Source: Candidatus Fermentibacterota bacterium (GTDB lineage: Bacteria > Fermentibacterota > Fermentibacteria > Fermentibacterales > JCC-6). From it: a DNA stretch of 64,000 bases. Made by a program: the position numbers and the translations under genes. The stretch covers positions 7,279-71,278 of the forward strand of contig WJMA01000051.1 of assembly GCA_014728175.1 (NCBI GenBank), written 5' to 3'. Position 1 is the stretch's first letter. Each line of letters starts with the position of its first letter. The notes under the pieces are model-generated. The model searched no databases. It saw nothing but the letters and a program-made list of their open reading frames with translations, and had not been told where the DNA came from. Below are positions 17,374-26,223 of the stretch, piece by piece.

Positions 17374-19401
17374 ATGGACACGTTCAAGCAAAACATATCA
17401 AGAGGCATTCCCGACCGTTTGCCTCCGGAGCCGGAGTGGGACGACTCGGTCAGCCACGCCCCGTCCAGACCGGACGTGCTCACACCCCACCAGCGGATGC
17501 TGGCGGTATCCAACGCCCTGCGGTACTTCCCCCCCGAATGGCACCCGACCCTGGCCCCCGAGTTCGCCCGGGAGCTCAGTACCAGGGGGCGGATCTACAT
17601 GTACAGGTTCAGACCGGATTACGAGATGCGGGCCCGGCACATCGACGAATATCCCTGCAGATGCAGGCAGGCGGCGGCAATAATGCTGATGATCCAGAAC
17701 AATCTGGACCCTTCCGTTGCCCAGTACCCGCACGAGCTGGTCACCTACGGCGGTAACGGCACCGTCTTCCAGAACTGGGCCCAGTATTTGTTAACCATGC
17801 GTTACCTGTCGGAGATGACCGACGAGCAAACCCTGGTGATGAACTCCGGACACCCCATGGGCCTCTTCCCCTCCTCGAAGGACTCACCGAGAGCGGTGGT
17901 AAGCAACGGAATGGTCATACCCAACCACAGTACGATGGAGGACTACCACCGGATGGCCGCCCTGGGAGTAACCTCCTACGGCCAGATGACCGCGGGCAGC
18001 TACATGTACATAGGGCCTCAGGGAATAGTTCACGGCACCACCATCACCATGCTGGGAGCGGGCAGGAGGTATCTAGGCCTTTCCCCCGACGACGATCTCT
18101 CCGGCAAGCTCTTTGTCTCCTCCGGCCTGGGGGGGATGAGCGGGGCCCAGGCCAAGGCCTCGGTGATAGCCGGAGCGGTGGGGGTGATAGCCGAGGTGGA
18201 CCCGAAGGCGCTGCGCAAGAGGCTGGACCAGGGCTGGCTGCAGGAGGCCGAGAACGACCTGGACCGGATTCTGAGCAGGGTCGACACGGCTCTGAGCGAG
18301 AAGAGGCCGCTCTCTTTGGGATACAGGGGAAACGTGGTCGATCTATGGGAGGCCCTGGACCGCGAGGGATTCGAGGTGGATTTGGGAAGCGATCAGACCT
18401 CCCTGCACAACCCCTACAGCGGCGGATACTACCCGGTGGGCCTGACCATGGAGCAGAGCCGGGAGATGATGCGCAAAGACCCCCAGGGATTCAGGGAAGC
18501 GGTACACGAGTCCCTGCGTAGACAGGTCCGCGCCATAAACGGCCTTACCGATAGAGGAATGAGCTTCTGGGACTACGGCAACGCCTTCCTTCTCCAGTCT
18601 TCCCGGGCCGGGGCGGACATCACCCTGCCCGACGGCCACTTCCGCTATCCCTCCTACGTGGAGGACATCATGGGCCCCCTCTGCTTCGATTACGGCTTCG
18701 GCCCCTTCCGGTGGGTATGCACCTCCTGCGATCCCGCGGATCTGCGGCGGACGGACCGTATCGCGGCGTCGGTGCTGAAAGAGGCCTCGCAGAAGGCCGG
18801 ACCCCGAACCAGGCAACAGGTGGTGGACAACCTGCGATGGATAGAGCAGGCCGAGGAGAACGAGCTGGTAGTGGGTTCCCAGGCCCGTATCCTGTATGCG
18901 GACAGGGACGGCAGAAGACGGATAGCCGCCGCCTTCAACCGGGCCATAGCCGAGGGAAGCGTTTCCGCCCCCATCGTACTGGGGCGTGACCATCACGACA
19001 CCTCCGGTACAGACTCACCCTTCCGGGAGACCTCCAACATCTACGACGGAAGCATGTTCACGGCCGACATGGCGGTGCAGAACGTGATAGGGGACGCCTT
19101 CAGGGGAGCGACCTGGGTGGCTCTTCACAACGGAGGAGGTGTCGGCTGGGGAGAGGTCGTAAACGGCGGATTCGGCCTGGTCCTGGACGGAACCGAGAAG
19201 GCGGGTGAAAGGGCGGACCGGATGCTGTCCTGGGACGTAGCCAACGGCCTTGCCAGGAGGTCCTGGGCCGGCAACGAGGGAGCCCTCTACGCCGCGGCGG
19301 CGGCCGCCGACGGCGAGTCGGGAATGATAATCACGATGCCCAGCAAGGCCGGCCGGGGAATGGTCTCGGACGCGATCAGGGAAGCCTTCGGCGAGGGTTA
19401 G
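17374..19401 (+). CDS. hutU: Urocanate hydratase (urocanase)
   Basis: Long-form urocanase conserved throughout (GSYMYIGPQGIVHGT, GLGGMSGAQ, SNIYDGS). The start was taken at MDTFKQ. Confidence 0.9.
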   Translation: MDTFKQNISRGIPDRLPPEPEWDDSVSHAPSRPDVLTPHQRMLAVSNALRYFPPEWHPTLAPEFARELSTRGRIYMYRFRPDYEMRARHIDEYPCRCRQAAAIMLMIQNNLDPSVAQYPHELVTYGGNGTVFQNWAQYLLTMRYLSEMTDEQTLVMNSGHPMGLFPSSKDSPRAVVSNGMVIPNHSTMEDYHRMAALGVTSYGQMTAGSYMYIGPQGIVHGTTITMLGAGRRYLGLSPDDDLSGKLFVSSGLGGMSGAQAKASVIAGAVGVIAEVDPKALRKRLDQGWLQEAENDLDRILSRVDTALSEKRPLSLGYRGNVVDLWEALDREGFEVDLGSDQTSLHNPYSGGYYPVGLTMEQSREMMRKDPQGFREAVHESLRRQVRAINGLTDRGMSFWDYGNAFLLQSSRAGADITLPDGHFRYPSYVEDIMGPLCFDYGFGPFRWVCTSCDPADLRRTDRIAASVLKEASQKAGPRTRQQVVDNLRWIEQAEENELVVGSQARILYADRDGRRRIAAAFNRAIAEGSVSAPIVLGRDHHDTSGTDSPFRETSNIYDGSMFTADMAVQNVIGDAFRGATWVALHNGGGVGWGEVVNGGFGLVLDGTEKAGERADRMLSWDVANGLARRSWAGNEGALYAAAAAADGESGMIITMPSKAGRGMVSDAIREAFGEG

Positions 19402-19415
19402 AGCGGGGAAGGCTC

Positions 19416-20603
19416 TCAGTGGTCGCAGGCGTTGTCGCCCGCCTGCAGGTTTCCCTCCATGTATCTGCGGGCCAGCTCTTCGGGTGGGTCTTCCGGGAGC
19501 CCGCTTATCACTACCACGCCCGCCTCCTCCAGCATAGCCCTGGCCTTCCTCCCCAGACCGCCGGTAAGCAGAACGTCTACTCCCTTCTCGGAAAGCAGCC
19601 GTGGAAACGAACCCTCCTCGTGGGGGGGAGGGGCCGACCTTTCCGACTCCAGTATCTCCCTCTTCTCCGGGTCTGTGTCGTACATCACGAACTCCTCCGC
19701 CCTCCCGAAGTGACGGGACAACTTGCCTCCCGCCAGAGGAAGGGCGATCCTGACCCCCTTTCGGGGCTCGCTGGAGGGGGGAGCGGGCTCTTCGAGCGAA
19801 CCTTCCTCCATGGACCGGACGAGCCGTTCCAAAACGTCCTGGAAAGCCTCCGTATACGGGGTGTTCTCGTCGAAGTAGGCGAAGGGCCGGCCATGGTCTC
19901 CGGAATGGACTATGGCGGGGTCCACCGGGACCCTCCCCAGGAAAGGAACTCCCATCTCCGAGGCCATTCTCTCTCCTCCCCCGGTGCCGAAGAGGTCGGT
20001 CCGGTGGCCGCAGTTGGGGCAGACGAAGCCGGACATGTTCTCCACCACCCCCAGCACGGGCAGGGAGAGTTTCCGGCAGAACGTTATCGATCTGCGCACG
20101 TCGGAGGTGGAGAGGTCCTGGGGCGTTGTAACCAGCAGCGCTCCGGTGGGCTCGGGTATGAGCTGGGCCACGGAGAGCGGCTCGTCGCCGGTTCCGGGAG
20201 GGGAATCGACGATCAGGTAGTCCAGCTCGCCCCAGGCCACGTCCTCCAGAAGCTGCCTTATCACGTTCATCTTCATCGGGCCCCGCCAGATTACGGCGTC
20301 CGTTCTCTGGGGTAGCATGAAATCGATCGATACGACCTTCAACTCGCCCAGGGTGGCGGGAAGCACCCTGTCGCCTTCCACGGAGAGAGTGGTTCCCTCC
20401 AGACCCAGAAGCTTGGGTATGCTGGGCCCGTGGAAATCGGAGTCCAGAAGTCCCACCTTGTGACCCTGAAGAGAAAGTGACAACGCCAGGTTGGCCGCCA
20501 CCGTGCTCTTTCCGACCCCGCCCTTTCCGGACAGCACCATTATGGTCCTGTCGGCGGGAGATTTCTCCAGCCTGTACTCCCGCTTCTTTCCTTCCCTGTT
20601 CAT
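19416..20603 (-). CDS. apbC: Mrp/NBP35 (ApbC) Fe-S cluster carrier ATPase fused to a C-terminal NifX/NafY-like (dinitrogenase FeMo-cofactor-binding fold) domain
   Basis: ParA/Mrp P-loop GKGGVGKST and the CPNC motif form the ApbC part. The C-terminal ~110 aa (IALPLAGGKLSRHFGRAEEFVMYD...VLLTGGLGRKA) match the Nitro_FeMo-Co fold. The start was taken at MNREGKK. Confidence 0.75.
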   Translation of the reverse strand: MNREGKKREYRLEKSPADRTIMVLSGKGGVGKSTVAANLALSLSLQGHKVGLLDSDFHGPSIPKLLGLEGTTLSVEGDRVLPATLGELKVVSIDFMLPQRTDAVIWRGPMKMNVIRQLLEDVAWGELDYLIVDSPPGTGDEPLSVAQLIPEPTGALLVTTPQDLSTSDVRRSITFCRKLSLPVLGVVENMSGFVCPNCGHRTDLFGTGGGERMASEMGVPFLGRVPVDPAIVHSGDHGRPFAYFDENTPYTEAFQDVLERLVRSMEEGSLEEPAPPSSEPRKGVRIALPLAGGKLSRHFGRAEEFVMYDTDPEKREILESERSAPPPHEEGSFPRLLSEKGVDVLLTGGLGRKARAMLEEAGVVVISGLPEDPPEELARRYMEGNLQAGDNACDH

Positions 20604-20681
20604 AGCCAGTCCTTTCAGTAGGCTCTTCGTTTGCGATTCGCTAAATATACAGCCTGCCCCCGGCAAGGCCAGATCGCGGCG

Positions 20682-20710
20682 TTGACACCGCGAACCGGCT
20701 CCTCTATCTT
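20682..20710 (+). promoter_or_regulatory. Sigma70-like promoter (TTGACA-17nt-TATCTT) driving the Cys-rich leader ORF
   Basis: The -35 element TTGACA is at 20682-20687, followed by a 17-nt spacer and the -10 element TATCTT at 20705-20710. Confidence 0.3.
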
Positions 20711-20732
20711 CGCGCCTAGCGAAAGGACCGAG

Positions 20733-20786
20733 ATGATCAATTGCCTCTGTTGTTACTGTGTGAAAGGAGGAACGGCGGGGGCTTAG
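20733..20786 (+). CDS. Candidate Cys-rich leader peptide MINCLCCYCVKGGTAGA (17 aa)
   Basis: ATG at 20733 with an AAGGA Shine-Dalgarno 5 nt upstream. Four Cys codons fall within codons 4-9. The stop TAG is at 20784, 27 nt before a rho-independent terminator and ~200 nt before cysteine synthase. Confidence 0.35.
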   Translation: MINCLCCYCVKGGTAGA

Positions 20787-20812
20787 TGCATCCTACGGAT
20801 GAGGAACGGAAG

Positions 20813-20836
20813 ACCCGCCGGGAGGCGGGTTTTTTT
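20813..20836 (+). terminator. Rho-independent terminator (stem ACCCGCC/GGCGGGT, loop GGGA, T7 run)
   Basis: A 7-bp GC stem plus TTTTTTT on the plus strand. The upstream CGGCGGG (20773-20779) could pair with the 5' arm to form an antiterminator. Confidence 0.5.
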
Positions 20837-20990
20837 CTTATACGCTCGATACGGCAGTGAAGGGAGACAGCGTGGCCGCGATGAAAGTCCTTCTGATACC
20901 CGACGCACCGCCGCGCTCCGTCTGTCCGCGGCACGGACATTCGGTACGAAGTAGGCGGTAATCAACATCTTACCATAGGGAGAAGGAAGG

Positions 20991-21896
20991 ATGATCGGCA
21001 GCAAAGCAAAAAAACGGACCATGGCGGCGAGACCGGAAGGAAGGGTTTCCCTTCCCACCCCGGTGGTGGACATCACCCCGCCAGGGCTGCCCACGGGCGT
21101 AACCGTGCTGGCCAAGCTGGAAGGGCTCAATCCGGGCCTGTCGGTGAAAGACCGCGTGGCCAGATACATGGTGGACCGCGCCCTGAGGGACGTGGAGGAT
21201 CCGGCCTCCGTCACGCTGGTGGAGGCGTCCTCGGGAAACACCGCGATGGGAGTCGCCCTGGCCTCCAGGGAGATGGGAACCAACGCCTGGCTGTTCGTAC
21301 CCGAGGGCTCGGGTGCATCCCGGATCAAGAGAATAGCGGACCTGGGAGCCAGGCTTACCCTGACTCCCTCCGGGGAAGGAACCACCGGAGCGCAGAGAAG
21401 AGCGGTAAAGGCGGCCTCGAAGAACGATCGCACGCATTACCTCGGCCAGCACGAGCGGACCGACAACCTGATGGCCCACCTCACCTCCACCGGACCGGAG
21501 GCATGGTCGCAGACGTCCGGCAAGGTGGATATGTTCGTGGCCGGGGTGGGAACCGGTGGTACCCTGCTGGGAGTGGGCAGGTATCTCGGAGAGCGGCTGG
21601 AGAACCTGGAGCTGGTGGGCGTGGTTCCGGCCGAGGGAAGCAACATTCCCGGTCTGCGTTTCCACGACCCTGACACGGTGAGGTTGCACGGCCTGGTGGA
21701 CCCCGGGATACTGCTCAGGGTGACCGAGCAGGAGGCAACTCTTTGGAAACGGTGGATAGAGAGCAATCTATCGGTTCCGGTGGGTCCCTCCAGCGGAGCG
21801 GCAATGGCGGGAGTGGTAAAGGCCGCTCGGGATCTGGACCGGGGGGTGGTGCTCACCATCTTTCCCGACCACGGCTTCAACTACCTGGGCGGATAG
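20991..21896 (+). CDS. cysK: Cysteine synthase family protein (PLP-dependent, CysK/CysM-like)
   Basis: SVKDR PLP-lysine motif and GNTAMG glycine loop; 301 aa. A GGAAGG Shine-Dalgarno precedes the ATG. Confidence 0.8.
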   Translation: MIGSKAKKRTMAARPEGRVSLPTPVVDITPPGLPTGVTVLAKLEGLNPGLSVKDRVARYMVDRALRDVEDPASVTLVEASSGNTAMGVALASREMGTNAWLFVPEGSGASRIKRIADLGARLTLTPSGEGTTGAQRRAVKAASKNDRTHYLGQHERTDNLMAHLTSTGPEAWSQTSGKVDMFVAGVGTGGTLLGVGRYLGERLENLELVGVVPAEGSNIPGLRFHDPDTVRLHGLVDPGILLRVTEQEATLWKRWIESNLSVPVGPSSGAAMAGVVKAARDLDRGVVLTIFPDHGFNYLGG

Positions 21897-21897
21897 A

Positions 21898-22611
21898 ATG
21901 ACCTCCATCCGTTACCGGACCGTCCTGTTCGATCTGGACGGAACCCTGCTGGACTACGCCTCGGCCCAGCGTGACGCGGTGGCCCTGGCCCTGGAAGAGC
22001 TGGCCGGAGATACGCAGGAGCCGGAGAGGTACCTGGCGCTGGTCCGTTCCGACCAGGTCCAGGCGATGGAGGCATGCCGGCCCGATGCCCCTGCCCTGGA
22101 CTCCCGCGAGATTCGGGAAGCATTCGAAAGACAAGACGCAGGGCTCGATCCCCTCTCGTTTCTGCCCGTCTACTACCGGATGCTCTCCGGCCGTTCCCGG
22201 ACCATAGACGGAGCCCTGGAGCTGCTGTCCTCGCTGAGCGAGAGATGTGGTCTGGGCGTGGTCTCCAACGGGCCGGGGTCGGTGCAGAGGCCCCGGTTGG
22301 TGTCGTCGGGGATCATGGAGTACCTGGGCGTCCTGGTTCTGAGCTGCGAGGTGGCATTGGCCAAGCCCGACCCGGCTATACTGGGCTATGCCCTGGCCCT
22401 CCTGTCGGCCGAAAGGGACCATACCCTCTTCGTGGGAGACAGCGTGGGAAGCGACATGCCGTCGGCGTCGGCGGCGGGCATCGATTTCGTGTTGTTCTCG
22501 AAGGACGGCACCTTCCCGGAAAATACAGATGCGGTGGCGGAGTGCGCCGATCTGGCGGACATCCGACGGCTGGTCCTCGGCGAAGTTGACCCGGGCCTCG
22601 GCAGCGAGTAG
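21898..22611 (+). CDS. HAD-superfamily hydrolase, subfamily IA
   Basis: LFDLDGTLLD motif I and a downstream GDS motif; 237 aa. Begins 2 nt after the cysK stop. Confidence 0.7.
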   Translation: MTSIRYRTVLFDLDGTLLDYASAQRDAVALALEELAGDTQEPERYLALVRSDQVQAMEACRPDAPALDSREIREAFERQDAGLDPLSFLPVYYRMLSGRSRTIDGALELLSSLSERCGLGVVSNGPGSVQRPRLVSSGIMEYLGVLVLSCEVALAKPDPAILGYALALLSAERDHTLFVGDSVGSDMPSASAAGIDFVLFSKDGTFPENTDAVAECADLADIRRLVLGEVDPGLGSE

Positions 22612-22653
22612 CGTTCTGTCGATGAACAGCGACTCAACACTAAGGAGGGTGGA

Positions 22654-23148
22654 ATGAGGCTCTGTCTGCTAGCAGCGATGGTGCTTTCCCTGGCGGTCTT
22701 CGCCGGGGTAACGGAGTTCGGCATTCACGGGGGCGCGTTTCTTCCCACCGGAGACGCCTCGGACGCTTACAACATCTCCTTCGGAGCGGGAGGAAACGTA
22801 CTGGCTCACATGGCCACCTACGCCATAGAGGGCAGCATAAGCTACGTCTTCCTCAGCCCGGAGTACGACTGGGACGAGTTCTCGGCATACATGGTCCCGG
22901 TACTCGGTGGTATCAGGACTTACACCGGAAACATCTTCTACGGCGGCGGGCTGGCGCTTCACTACGTCCATGTAAGCTGGGAGGAGTCCGGCGAGGAGTG
23001 GGATGACAGCAACAGCGAGCTGGGCGCCTACGGAAACATAGGAACCATTCTGGGCACCGGAGGCACCGACGTCGAGATCAGCGGAAAGCTCCACTGGATC
23101 GACTTCGACAACTTCTGGATCGGCGCCACCGGAGGCATATACTTCTAG
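22654..23148 (+). CDS. Small outer-membrane beta-barrel protein (OmpW/OmpA-barrel-like)
   Basis: Signal peptide MRLCLLAAMVLSLAVFAG, alternating Gly/aromatic beta-strand pattern, and a C-terminal Phe. Confidence 0.55.
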   Translation: MRLCLLAAMVLSLAVFAGVTEFGIHGGAFLPTGDASDAYNISFGAGGNVLAHMATYAIEGSISYVFLSPEYDWDEFSAYMVPVLGGIRTYTGNIFYGGGLALHYVHVSWEESGEEWDDSNSELGAYGNIGTILGTGGTDVEISGKLHWIDFDNFWIGATGGIYF

Positions 23149-23173
23149 GCCGGAGCCGATTCGAACAGGGCGG

Positions 23174-23197
23174 AGCCGGGATCACCACTTCCCGGCT
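23174..23197. terminator. Possible bidirectional hairpin terminator between convergent genes
   Basis: A 7-bp stem AGCCGGG/CCCGGCT with a 10-nt loop lies between the OMP gene (+) and the MFS gene (-). The flanking T-rich tract is weak. Confidence 0.3.
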
Positions 23198-23206
23198 CCA
23201 TTTCTA

Positions 23207-24463
23207 TCAATCGACCAGCCCCGCCTCTCTCCTCCTGGCGTAGCGACCGAGGAACAACATGCCCGACAGGGCGAACAGGCAGGTGGAGAAGATGAAGGGG
23301 GCGGTGTAGCCGAGATGCTGCAGTATCTGGCTGCCCAGGATCGGGGCGAACAGACCCCTCAGCGCGGTTGCCGTAACGTGCAGGCCCTGGTAGGTGGCCG
23401 CCTGGTCGGAGGGAGCGAAGCTCATGCTGGACAGGTTCCAGGAAACGTTTATCCCGGCTATTCCTATAGCGAAGAAGCAGTAGGAAGCGTAGAACAGGAA
23501 GATGCCGATCGAAGGAAGCCAGCCTCCGGCGGCCATTACCAGGGGATAGAGAGCCAACACCAGCACTATTATGCCGGTGAACCTGAAGGGGTGGATCCTC
23601 TCCACCTTCGCCCCTAAGAACGGGCCCAGGAAAACCAGCCCCAGTTGTCCGATCACTCCCTTCGCGGTGGCGTACTGCTCGTAGGACAGACCCAGCTGGT
23701 CCCGGGCGAAGAACGGGATCGCGGGAAGAACGGCCTGAAAGGCTATTCCGTACAGCATGAAGTAGCATTCGAACCGGGCGAACTCCCGGTCCCGGTTGAA
23801 GACCCTCCACAGGCTGCCGAAGAAGTGCGCCACGCCTTTGCCCGCATGCTCCAGACGCGGGGAGGCCCTCATGCCCCGGGCCATGGCGGCGAAGAAGAAG
23901 GCCTGACCGGCCCCGAACAGGGCCTCTACCAGGAACGCTATCCTATATAGATCGAAATCCACGTCCAGCAGCGCTCCGACCAGCATGCTGGAGGGCAGGC
24001 TGATCAGGTTCCTTACGCTCATCGACCAACCGAACAGGCTGCCCCTGTGGCCCCTTTTGTAACGGTGCCTTATTATGGCGTTTTGAACGGGGATGACCAC
24101 GCTGTTGGAGGCGAAGAACAGAAGCAACAGGCCCAGCATCACGTTGACGCTGGAGGACAGGAGCATCAACCCCAGGGGAAGCCTCATCAGCCCGCCGACC
24201 AGAACCGCCTTCGAATAGCATCCTCTACCGTCTATCCAGTGGGTGAGAAATACGGACAGGAAGTTGCTGACCGGCCATATCATGGTAAGAATGGTTATCT
24301 GCCATACGCTCGCCCCCAGGCCCTTGGCCGCGATGTACTCGTGGTTTACCAGCACCCCCCAGGCCACGGCCATCATCACGGCGGAGAGGATGTGAAGACG
24401 AAACGTCCCCCGCTCCTCCCGGGCCAGCTGCGGGGCCAGGAGGGTCCTGGTCCTGTTCAGCAT
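23207..24463 (-). CDS. MFS transporter
   Basis: About 12 hydrophobic helices and an MFS-like organisation. The start was taken at MLNRTRT. Confidence 0.7.
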   Translation of the reverse strand: MLNRTRTLLAPQLAREERGTFRLHILSAVMMAVAWGVLVNHEYIAAKGLGASVWQITILTMIWPVSNFLSVFLTHWIDGRGCYSKAVLVGGLMRLPLGLMLLSSSVNVMLGLLLLFFASNSVVIPVQNAIIRHRYKRGHRGSLFGWSMSVRNLISLPSSMLVGALLDVDFDLYRIAFLVEALFGAGQAFFFAAMARGMRASPRLEHAGKGVAHFFGSLWRVFNRDREFARFECYFMLYGIAFQAVLPAIPFFARDQLGLSYEQYATAKGVIGQLGLVFLGPFLGAKVERIHPFRFTGIIVLVLALYPLVMAAGGWLPSIGIFLFYASYCFFAIGIAGINVSWNLSSMSFAPSDQAATYQGLHVTATALRGLFAPILGSQILQHLGYTAPFIFSTCLFALSGMLFLGRYARRREAGLVD

Positions 24464-24516
24464 GGGTTGGATCTGCGGGAAGAAGGCCACGGGAAACCGT
24501 ACCTTTCGGGCCGCCT

Positions 24517-25140
24517 CTAGGGCCGGTAATCTATGATGTTCTTTTCGGCCAGAGCGACCAGTATCCTCTCCGCGCCCTCCTCGGGCGAGAGGACGTCGGT
24601 ATCCAAGACCAGCTCAGGATGTAGAGGCTCCTCGTACGGCGCGCTTATGCCGGTGAAGGAAGGTATCTCGCCAGACCGGGCCTTGGCGTACAATCCCTTG
24701 GGGTCACGCTCTTCGGCCACCTCCAGCGGCACCTTCACGTAGACCTCCAGGAAGTCGTCTTCCCCGCGTATGGATCGGGCGAAATCCCGGTCCTCCCGGT
24801 AGGGGCTTATGAAGGCCAGGATGTTGACCACCCCGAAGGAGCTGAACAGCTTGGCCACCTCCGCGATCCGGCGGATGTTCTCCTTGCGGTCCTCCGGAGA
24901 GAAGCCCAGGTCGCGGTTGAGGCCGTGCCTGACGTTGTCCCCGTCCAGAATCGCGGTCAGCACGCCCATATCGTGTAGCCTTGCGGCCAGGGCGTCGGCG
25001 ATGGTGGACTTGCCCGAGCCGGAGAGGCCGGTCAGCCAGACGGTGGCACCCCGGTGCCCCAGCAGCCTTTCTCTGTCCGCCCTTGTGACATGGTGATGAT
25101 GCCAGGTTATGTGTTGGCTCTTGGGATCGTCTTCCAACAT
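24517..25140 (-). CDS. cysC: Adenylyl-sulfate (APS) kinase
   Basis: Walker A motif GLSGSGKST and CysC-family conservation. The start was trimmed to MLEDD; the ORF-track 5' extension has no support. Confidence 0.85.
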   Translation of the reverse strand: MLEDDPKSQHITWHHHHVTRADRERLLGHRGATVWLTGLSGSGKSTIADALAARLHDMGVLTAILDGDNVRHGLNRDLGFSPEDRKENIRRIAEVAKLFSSFGVVNILAFISPYREDRDFARSIRGEDDFLEVYVKVPLEVAEERDPKGLYAKARSGEIPSFTGISAPYEEPLHPELVLDTDVLSPEEGAERILVALAEKNIIDYRP

Positions 25141-25317
25141 GGTTCCCCCATGGGTGAGGTACTTACTCGTCCTGTTTCTTCGGCGCAAACCGCGATAACA
25201 TAAGAAACAACCGGCTGCAGACGCTAACTCTGAACCGGAAGGGAGCTCGTCTTGCTGAACCGCGACCTGATCCGAAAGAACCTGGGAAGCTGTCTGACCG
25301 ATACGTCCGACCTGGGA

Positions 25318-26223
25318 ATGCCGGGGCTGAGGAAAGGTAAGGTCCGCGACGTTTACGACCTCGGGAACCGGCTTCTTATGGTGGCCACCGACAGGCAGAG
25401 CGCCTTCGACAGGGTGCTGGCCGCCGTACCTTTCAAGGGCCAGGTTCTCAACCAGGTCAGCGCTTTCTGGTTCGAAGAGACCGAGGACGTGGTTCCCAAC
25501 CACGTTATCTCGGCTCCCGACCCCAACGCGATGCTGGCCCGCAAGTGCGACGTCTACCCCGTCGAATTCGTGGTAAGAGGCTACATAACCGGCAGCACCA
25601 GCACTTCCGCCTGGACGCTCTACGAAAAGGGAGAGCGCAACTTATGCGGAAACGTCCTGCCCGATGGGCTGCGGAAGAACCAGAAGCTGCCCCGGCCGAT
25701 TCTGACTCCCACCACCAAGAGCGAGGAGCACGACGAGCCGGTAACCCCCGAGCAGATAGTACAGCGGGGGCTGATGGATCCCGAAGAGTGGAACCGGGCC
25801 TCCCGTACGGCCATGGCCCTGTACCGGAGGGGCGTGGAGATAGCCTCCCGCCACGGCCTCATCCTGGTGGACACCAAGTACGAGATGGGGCGCGATGATG
25901 AGGGCAGGTTGCGCCTGGTGGACGAGATCCACACCCCGGACTCTTCCCGCTACTGGATAGCCGAGAGCTACCGGGAGCGGTTCGACCAGGGGCTTAAGCC
26001 GGAGAACATAGACAAGGAGTTCCTCAGGCTGTGGTTCGTGGACCATTGCGACCCTTACGCCGACGAGGTCCTGCCCGAGCCGCCGGAGGATCTGGTGGTG
26101 GAGCTATCCTTCCGATACGTACAGCTCTACGAGATGATTACGGGCCGGGAGTTCCAACCCGCCGAGACCGAGGATCCGTTGGGAAGACTTCGCAGAAGCC
26201 TGGGTCGGGAGGGTCTTATCTAG
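25318..26223 (+). CDS. purC: Phosphoribosylaminoimidazole-succinocarboxamide (SAICAR) synthase
   Basis: KGKVRDVY and ATDRQSAFD motifs of PurC. The ATG at 25318 gives a typical N-terminus; an alternative TTG at 25252 is possible. Confidence 0.8.
   Translation: MPGLRKGKVRDVYDLGNRLLMVATDRQSAFDRVLAAVPFKGQVLNQVSAFWFEETEDVVPNHVISAPDPNAMLARKCDVYPVEFVVRGYITGSTSTSAWTLYEKGERNLCGNVLPDGLRKNQKLPRPILTPTTKSEEHDEPVTPEQIVQRGLMDPEEWNRASRTAMALYRRGVEIASRHGLILVDTKYEMGRDDEGRLRLVDEIHTPDSSRYWIAESYRERFDQGLKPENIDKEFLRLWFVDHCDPYADEVLPEPPEDLVVELSFRYVQLYEMITGREFQPAETEDPLGRLRRSLGREGLI

Noticed and set aside
20690-20990. SAM/S-box or other metabolite riboswitch upstream of cysteine synthase
   Set aside because: I could not find the conserved S-box cores. 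The promoter/uORF/antiterminator/terminator layout fits a leader-peptide attenuator better.
25252-25317. TTG start extending purC by 22 codons
   Set aside because: An ATG at 25318 immediately precedes the conserved KGKVRDVY N-terminal block, so the longer form is unnecessary. This is not decisive.
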